42,305 nucleotides of DNA from the NCBI GenBank assembly GCA_000934665.2, contig KZ538898.1:1-42305 (forward strand), in the 5' to 3' direction. The notes under the pieces are model-generated. The model was not told the DNA's origin, did no database searches, and saw only the letters and a list, made by a program, of their open reading frames with translations. Made by a program: the position numbers and the translations under genes. Shown piece after piece: positions 36,463-42,305 of the stretch (position 1 is its first letter; every line of letters begins with the position of its first letter). Source of the stretch: Catajapyx aquilonaris. Lineage: Eukaryota.

Positions 36463-37611
36463 ATTCAGGACAAGGTCTGAAGTGATCGATGTTCGTCTGT
36501 TCCGACTCCCTCGCAAGACTGCTTCGGATCCAGTTTGGTTATCTGACTTTAAATAATCTAACCTCACGTGAAAGTGCGCCCTTGGATCTAACAAGAAGTT
36601 TTTACCTTTAAAAAAAATCATACTTGAATGTTCTTATGAAGTTGCTTCAGCGCGAAAGTGCTGCCATCAAACAGTACGTAAATATCTTTATCTCTCTAAT
36701 ACAAAGAAGCCTTATACTTGTATGAGTATATACCATCCTGTATAATATAGGGAAAGTACAGTATACATGTGTAAGAGAGATGCACTTACACACAAAAAAA
36801 AATCGGTTCTGCTGTTGTTGGTATTAAACTTTCAAAGAAGTATATATGAAGTCTTTCCTAAGATTGCATCTCTTGTTCTTATACCAACCATGGTTATTCC
36901 CCTTCTCCGCATCAGGAAACAGATATGAGTTTCTTTCATTTCTTTCATCATTTTTAAGAATAAATGTAAAATTCCCCCACGAAGGCGATGAGATTGTCAT
37001 CACCTCTTCACATGGCCATATTGATGCAATAATATAGATTTTAAGCTCTGTAAAAAATTGGGGAAATTCGTATTTATTTAGCAAGACACTTTTGCAAAGT
37101 GCACTGCGTAGCACATTTGAATTGCTCATCAATGCCAAAGTGCATTGAGCCTTAGTTAAGAATCACTGGGGGGGGATCAACCTATTTACATTTCAGTGCA
37201 TTGGCCACTTAATAACAGTTGCTCACATTCATAATCAAGCTGGCATTATACGTTTATACCAGAGCCTCGAGGCAGACTTGTCAAACTGAAGAAGTGTCGA
37301 AAAAAGTGTCAACATCCCTCTGGGTCTGCCTGATTTCAACTCTCTTTTTTGCTACATAATTTTTGGGCAATAATGCCAGGTCTTACGAGCTTATGATAAT
37401 TTCAATAACCTTCTTGCCAAAATATTTTTCCTAGAAATGACACAAGTTGCTTCATCAGGGATCATTTCTTATTAAACTGTTGCAGCATCAAATATCTTTT
37501 ATGGGGCACATGTTTACTACTGTAAGTAGCATATACTCATATAAAATTAAGAAACAATACGATCTTCTACATAGACACGATTAAAACATGGTGGGCTCCG
37601 ATGAGTAGTTC

Positions 37612-39106
37612 TCATCCCTTCCTGTCCACAATTTTATTGAGCATGAAGCTGCATACACACTGCAACTTTGAGTTCGTCATGTAGGAAATGTCCTGGAATA
37701 TGGACATCCTGGAGGAGTCCTGGAACTCCCTATAGACATCTGGAAGACTGAGGTCAGTGTAGAGGCTCTTCACTCGGGACACGTGCTGGGGGTCATCGGA
37801 TCCGTAGCATTCCTGGCATGTGAGAGACAAACACAGGGAGTGACGTTCTCGTGTCATATGTGTCCAGAAGTCACTTAGAGGAAGAAGTGTTGCGCCTGTA
37901 CCTCTAGGACCGTCCTCTGGTCGTGGTCAGCATGCGTGAGGGCAGTGACCACCAGCCAGGAGCACTTTCCCTCCTGGATGTCCGTCCCCACCTTCCCCAT
38001 GACCTCGGGGTCACCGTAGCAGTCCAGGTAGTCATCCTGGACTTGGAAGAGGTGCCCAATCTTCAAAAGGACATCCTCCACCTCGGAATAAACGTCCTTG
38101 TCAGACATTCCAGCCTGTGAAGACAACACGACCAAAAGGTCAGGGTTTGACTACGTATCCTTTAGCATCGCGTCATCGCGTCATCAAATAACTCACCATT
38201 TTCATTGCCAATTCGACAGGAAGACAAAATGAATAGTACGCGGTCTTGTACTTGACTATTGTTGCGTATCTCTCTTCAGTGAAAATGTCGAGCTGGGGCT
38301 TGCTTCCGGATGACGTCAAAAGGTCCAAGCACTGGCCCTTCTCAGTCTTGAAAATTATCTTGGAAAAACGAACATATCGAGCTAAATATTTCTCATCTAA
38401 GCATAATTATTAATTCATAAGGTATATGTGATAATTATTTCATATACTGTACATGACCTACAACAAGTACCTCGCTTAATAAGTCGACGCACTCGTCGTA
38501 ATATGGCTGGTCGCCGAGGTACTTTCCAAGGATATGAAAAGCGGCCATTTCCATGAGCAAGGCGTCGTTGAAGGCTTTTGGTCCCAACCCGTTGGTCAAA
38601 TACCAGCAGGTGCGACCTCTTCTGGTCTCAGAATTGTCCATTATGTCGTCTGCCATCAAACAAAATGCCTGCAACTGTGGGGAAACAAAAGCATTTACCA
38701 TCCATTAGTGATACTGATTAGCCACTTGTTAGGTCAATAAGTACGTATATTGGAATAGACATACCAACTCGATGCTCCAGCCCATGATGTGGGCCAGCTT
38801 GATATTTTCGTCAGTCACGTCTTCTTTCTCAGCCAGGACGGAAAATGCTTTTGCCACCATTGTGCCTCGGGTCATCTTACCTCCAGGCAGGTTGTATGTC
38901 AATACCTGCAATGCCAGCAATGTAAAAGATGTTGCATATATAGGCCTACATGGTCCATTTCAATTAAAAATTCAACTGCTCACCTTTTCGAACCAGGCAT
39001 CGAAGTCCCGCAAATTCTCATCTTCCTTTTCAGAAGATATCGAGCTTTGTATGACCTCAGAGGTCAGCGCCAAAAAAGAATCCAAGTTGCAGTTCTTGGC
39101 TTCCAT
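37612..39106 (-). CDS. FDPS: Farnesyl diphosphate synthase paralogue B, 347 aa
   Basis: Six exons: 39106-38984, 38905-38765, 38674-38471, 38358-38197, 38114-37902, 37812-37612. Motifs [58 protein letters not shown]. Confidence 0.92.
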
Positions 39107-39589
39107 ATTCGAGACAGGTCAAACGAAACCCTATTCCAATATGAGACTATGGTGATTCTGATGCAAGTCTCTGGATCGAAGTGATAAACTGTTTTATCCA
39201 ACTCCAGTATATACCCAGAATGGCGACCTTGATCTTTCAGAAAACATTTCTTACAATAAAAGCTGTATCATGATTGTTCTATGACGTTACGCCAACACTG
39301 CAAATCACGTGGATACTGTTTCTTTATTTCTCTTAGTGAGTATAAACTTATATCGATATGTAGCAAAGGACAACACCCACAGAGCGAAAATTACTAATGA
39401 GTATTGAGACGGCATAATTATTTATCGCCAACTCACTTCCTCTCCTGAACTTGACCACGTCCAGCCAAGGTGGAAGTGGATCGTCCAGAAAAAACAATCA
39501 AGGTCCATCACATGTGTAACTGAGATATTGCAATTTCAAACCTGGAAGAGCATAGGTTTTTTTATTTATCGACATCAGTACCACATGTA

Positions 39590-39810
39590 AAAAATGGCAG
39601 GTCCACATGAAAATGTGGATAACACTGGGGTATCAATGGCATGAGGCTCTGCAAATCATTGTATTTCGCTTGCGAAATTGGCAGTCGCCCTGGACACATC
39701 TCACGAGGTGGACCTGAAGGTGCTACCTCTTCACAACATCCGACGATCCCCATGGCTCATCAAAAGTGTTCCTGTGAAAGATGAGCTTGGGTTCGCTCCC
39801 AAGGATCTTC
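39590..39810 (-). pseudogene. Frameshifted C-terminal remnant of a DNA transposase (CMC/Chapaev-like)
   Basis: Translations KILGSEPKLIFHRNTFDEPW and, in another frame, LPISQAKYNDLQSLMPLIPQCYPHFHVDLP resemble the PISxxKxxDLxxL..IP..Y..FY..L tail of such transposases. Recognised from memory only. Confidence 0.5.
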
Positions 39811-41886
39811 TTCCCTCCGCTTTTCTGGCTTTTCTGAATAGGAAATAGGCATTTAGAGACATTTAGAGTTTTTGTAGGTATGAATTACGCAAAAAAGGAT
39901 TCGGCTTTCCGCTTTCGACGTGGATCTGCAAAAAGTCCGAAGGAACAAAAGTTTCAGAACACTTGGTATTCTTAGCTAGTCAAACTATCCTATGGAATAT
40001 GTAACTCGTTTTTGAAAAAAAAAAGTGGACCTTGATCGTTTTTCTCCCGAGGTCAGTCAATTATTCCCCTTGTTACGTGCAAATAAAATTTTCCCACATT
40101 ATATCTTTTTAATATATTTAAAAAACCTTAATGGCTGGACCTCCTATTTCGAAATCCTTTATTATATCAGATGCAGGGGTAAGAAAAAACACATGCAATT
40201 GCGGGGAGAGAAGGAAGGAAAACCCAGCCATATTTTTTTTATAATGCTGAAGTACACCTTCTTATCTTTTTATAACATTATCTCCATCAGAGTGAGTCTC
40301 ATTTATTCATTCCGCTGCCTCAGCCTGAGAGTGACTGAAACGTAACTATTACTCTATTAGTTACGGATAATGTCAGTATCATGCTTAAAATTAATTTTCG
40401 CCAACTTGCTAATTTCATAAATTGATGGTTTGCATTCAATTAGTATAACAACTGGAATTGGATAAGAAAGAGAACTGCCGGGCAGGTGGGAATTAATTAA
40501 TTCTGCTTACACTTCTGCGGGTAAAAACATCTGGCCTATAATTATTATTATGAAGTGGTTGCCAATAACTGCAAGGGCCAGAGGCGCAGTATTTTAAACC
40601 CCTTGTAAATTATTTAATGCTACATGGAACTAACTGTTTTGTGCTAATTGCAGAATAATTTTTTCACGTACTAAATTGTAACTTTTATTCAGCGGATGCG
40701 AATAGTTATTTATTCTTGTTCCTTTTCCTGCTGTAGATTGTTCTCTTTCCAATTCCGATTCCACTTTTGTCAGACTTTTCTACAATAATAGCAGTGCGTA
40801 TCATCAATCACATCCAGTCTTATCTGATCATACACTTCGTACAGTATAGCCTACCTTCAACAATGGGCATGTCGCTGGAAGAGTAACTGACCAATGAGAA
40901 GGAGCATTTCCTGGTAGAATAACTCTATGCAACACAATATTTGTCCATGGAAATTTATTGCTATTTCCATGTTCCTTATTAGGTCATTCGTAACTCATAA
41001 TGACCATTCATTTTGTCTTTGATTTGTTTTTGACCTCGGGGCAGTCAAATAATCAAAATCCTCAAAATAAATCAGTTTTTCCCAATCAAGTGGGGCTAAA
41101 TGTTGCTAGACCATCTCGGATTTTTCTGAAAACAATCACAGCTGTACACACCTATGCCGTAACATTGCATATCAAGTTTCTGCGAAATTGCGAATTACGG
41201 TGGGGATCAAAGACCAAATGAATTCCCATTATGAGTTACTTGTGTCCTAAGGAACACGAATATGACGATGAATTTCCATGGACAGAAAAAAAAGTCAAAT
41301 TTTGTTGCATAGTGTAATCTACAAGTAGTATAGGAGAGGCTTATTTGGATCATGTGATTAGCATGTTGATAGATTTATTAGGCTTTTTATGGCATACAGC
41401 AGCATTGGCTAAAGTAGGTTATGATGAGACGGCTATGTCAGCAATTGGTGACATTTCAAAAAATAATAAGGCACCTTCATTAAACTAGGACACTCCTCAC
41501 ATGGTATATCAACTTGGGAAGTCTCTCATTATCAATTGAATATGTTTTAAACGGCAGTAATGCAAAAAAAACCTGTCCTTCTTACACATGACATCAGCCT
41601 GTGTGTCACAGGCACTAATATTTTAATGCAGCATCGGTAAGCTTATTAAGCCGGCTTACAGGTATTAAGCAGGGAAAAAGTCCTTCATCACAACACTGCA
41701 AGTCCTTTTAAGAGCTTCTAGGGTTCTCATTTAGCTGATGAGGTAACACAGGACAGGAAGTATTGCAGGTTAGTTTCTGCCACAATAAATGCATCGTTGT
41801 TAATAATCGTAGTTAAACACGACAGGGTGGTGCACTGTGCTGTATTACTACTGCTACCATTGTTACAGGAAGACAATTTGCCAAGG

Positions 41887-42129
41887 ATGACTGGACGTAT
41901 CGCTTCATATTTGGAGAATGTGTATCTTCAGTACGAACTGTTATCAGGCCTGTATATGCTGGAGCCTCGGGAAAAACGCATGTTCAGTATCCTTTCACAA
42001 TCTTGTTCAGAGCATATATGGTGTAATATCATTTGATATGCGACTCTTTAACGCAAGTTAATAGATTCAACATTGCTGTTTCTGTTGGCCGTCAGCTTCT
42101 ATTCAGTCTTTGCCTATCTCCGAGAATAG
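41887..42129 (+). CDS. SPTSSA: Serine palmitoyltransferase small subunit (ssSPT), 54 aa
   Basis: Exons 41887-41986 and 42065-42129 encode MTGRIASYLENVYLQYELLSGLYMLEPREKRMFNSTLLFLLAVSFYSVFAYLRE. This matches the family motif YxQY.....LYMLEPxE+xxFN followed by a TM helix. Assignment to the A or B paralogue is not resolvable. Confidence 0.88.
41987..42064 (+). other. U12-type (minor spliceosome) GT-AG intron, 78 nt
   Basis: 5' splice site GTATCCTTT. Branch-site-like TCTTTAAC at 42045-42052 ends 12 nt from the intron end. No polypyrimidine tract. Confidence 0.85.
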
Positions 42130-42305
42130 CACCACACTCATGGACTCATATCTGCCGTTTAAAATCGCGAAGGGCTCTGAATTTGCATGAAATCTAATCT
42201 GGACTAATCCAGCATTTTGTAATGATACCAAAATACAGTTGATATTAACCAAATGTTAAGGCATGTTAATATTTGACAGAATTTTAAAGTGGCATTGGGG
42301 GGGGG

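Overview
Gene-dense eukaryotic genomic window, probably arthropod, with many short (50-90 nt) spliceosomal introns. It carries eight protein-coding genes. (1) The 5' part of a carbohydrate sulfotransferase (- strand, runs off the left edge). (2) A ~26 kb, ~20-exon TOG-array gene of the crescerin/TOGARAM1 type (+). (3) B3GALNT2 (-). (4) An intronless divergent ionotropic receptor (-). (5) A BTG/Tob-family gene (-). (6,7) Two tandem farnesyl diphosphate synthase paralogues (-). (8) A serine palmitoyltransferase small subunit gene (+) with a U12-type intron. Introns contain many MITEs, palindromes and tandem repeats. The most notable signal is the FPPS pair: one copy is near-canonical, while the other keeps an intact ORF and splice sites but has substitutions at specific substrate- and metal-binding residues (FARM DDxxD->HDxxD, GGK->GRQ, GQxLD->GHxLD). 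That pattern suggests neofunctionalisation, for example to an IDS-derived terpene synthase. All gene models were derived by eye from splice signals and reading-frame phase; no database searches were run.
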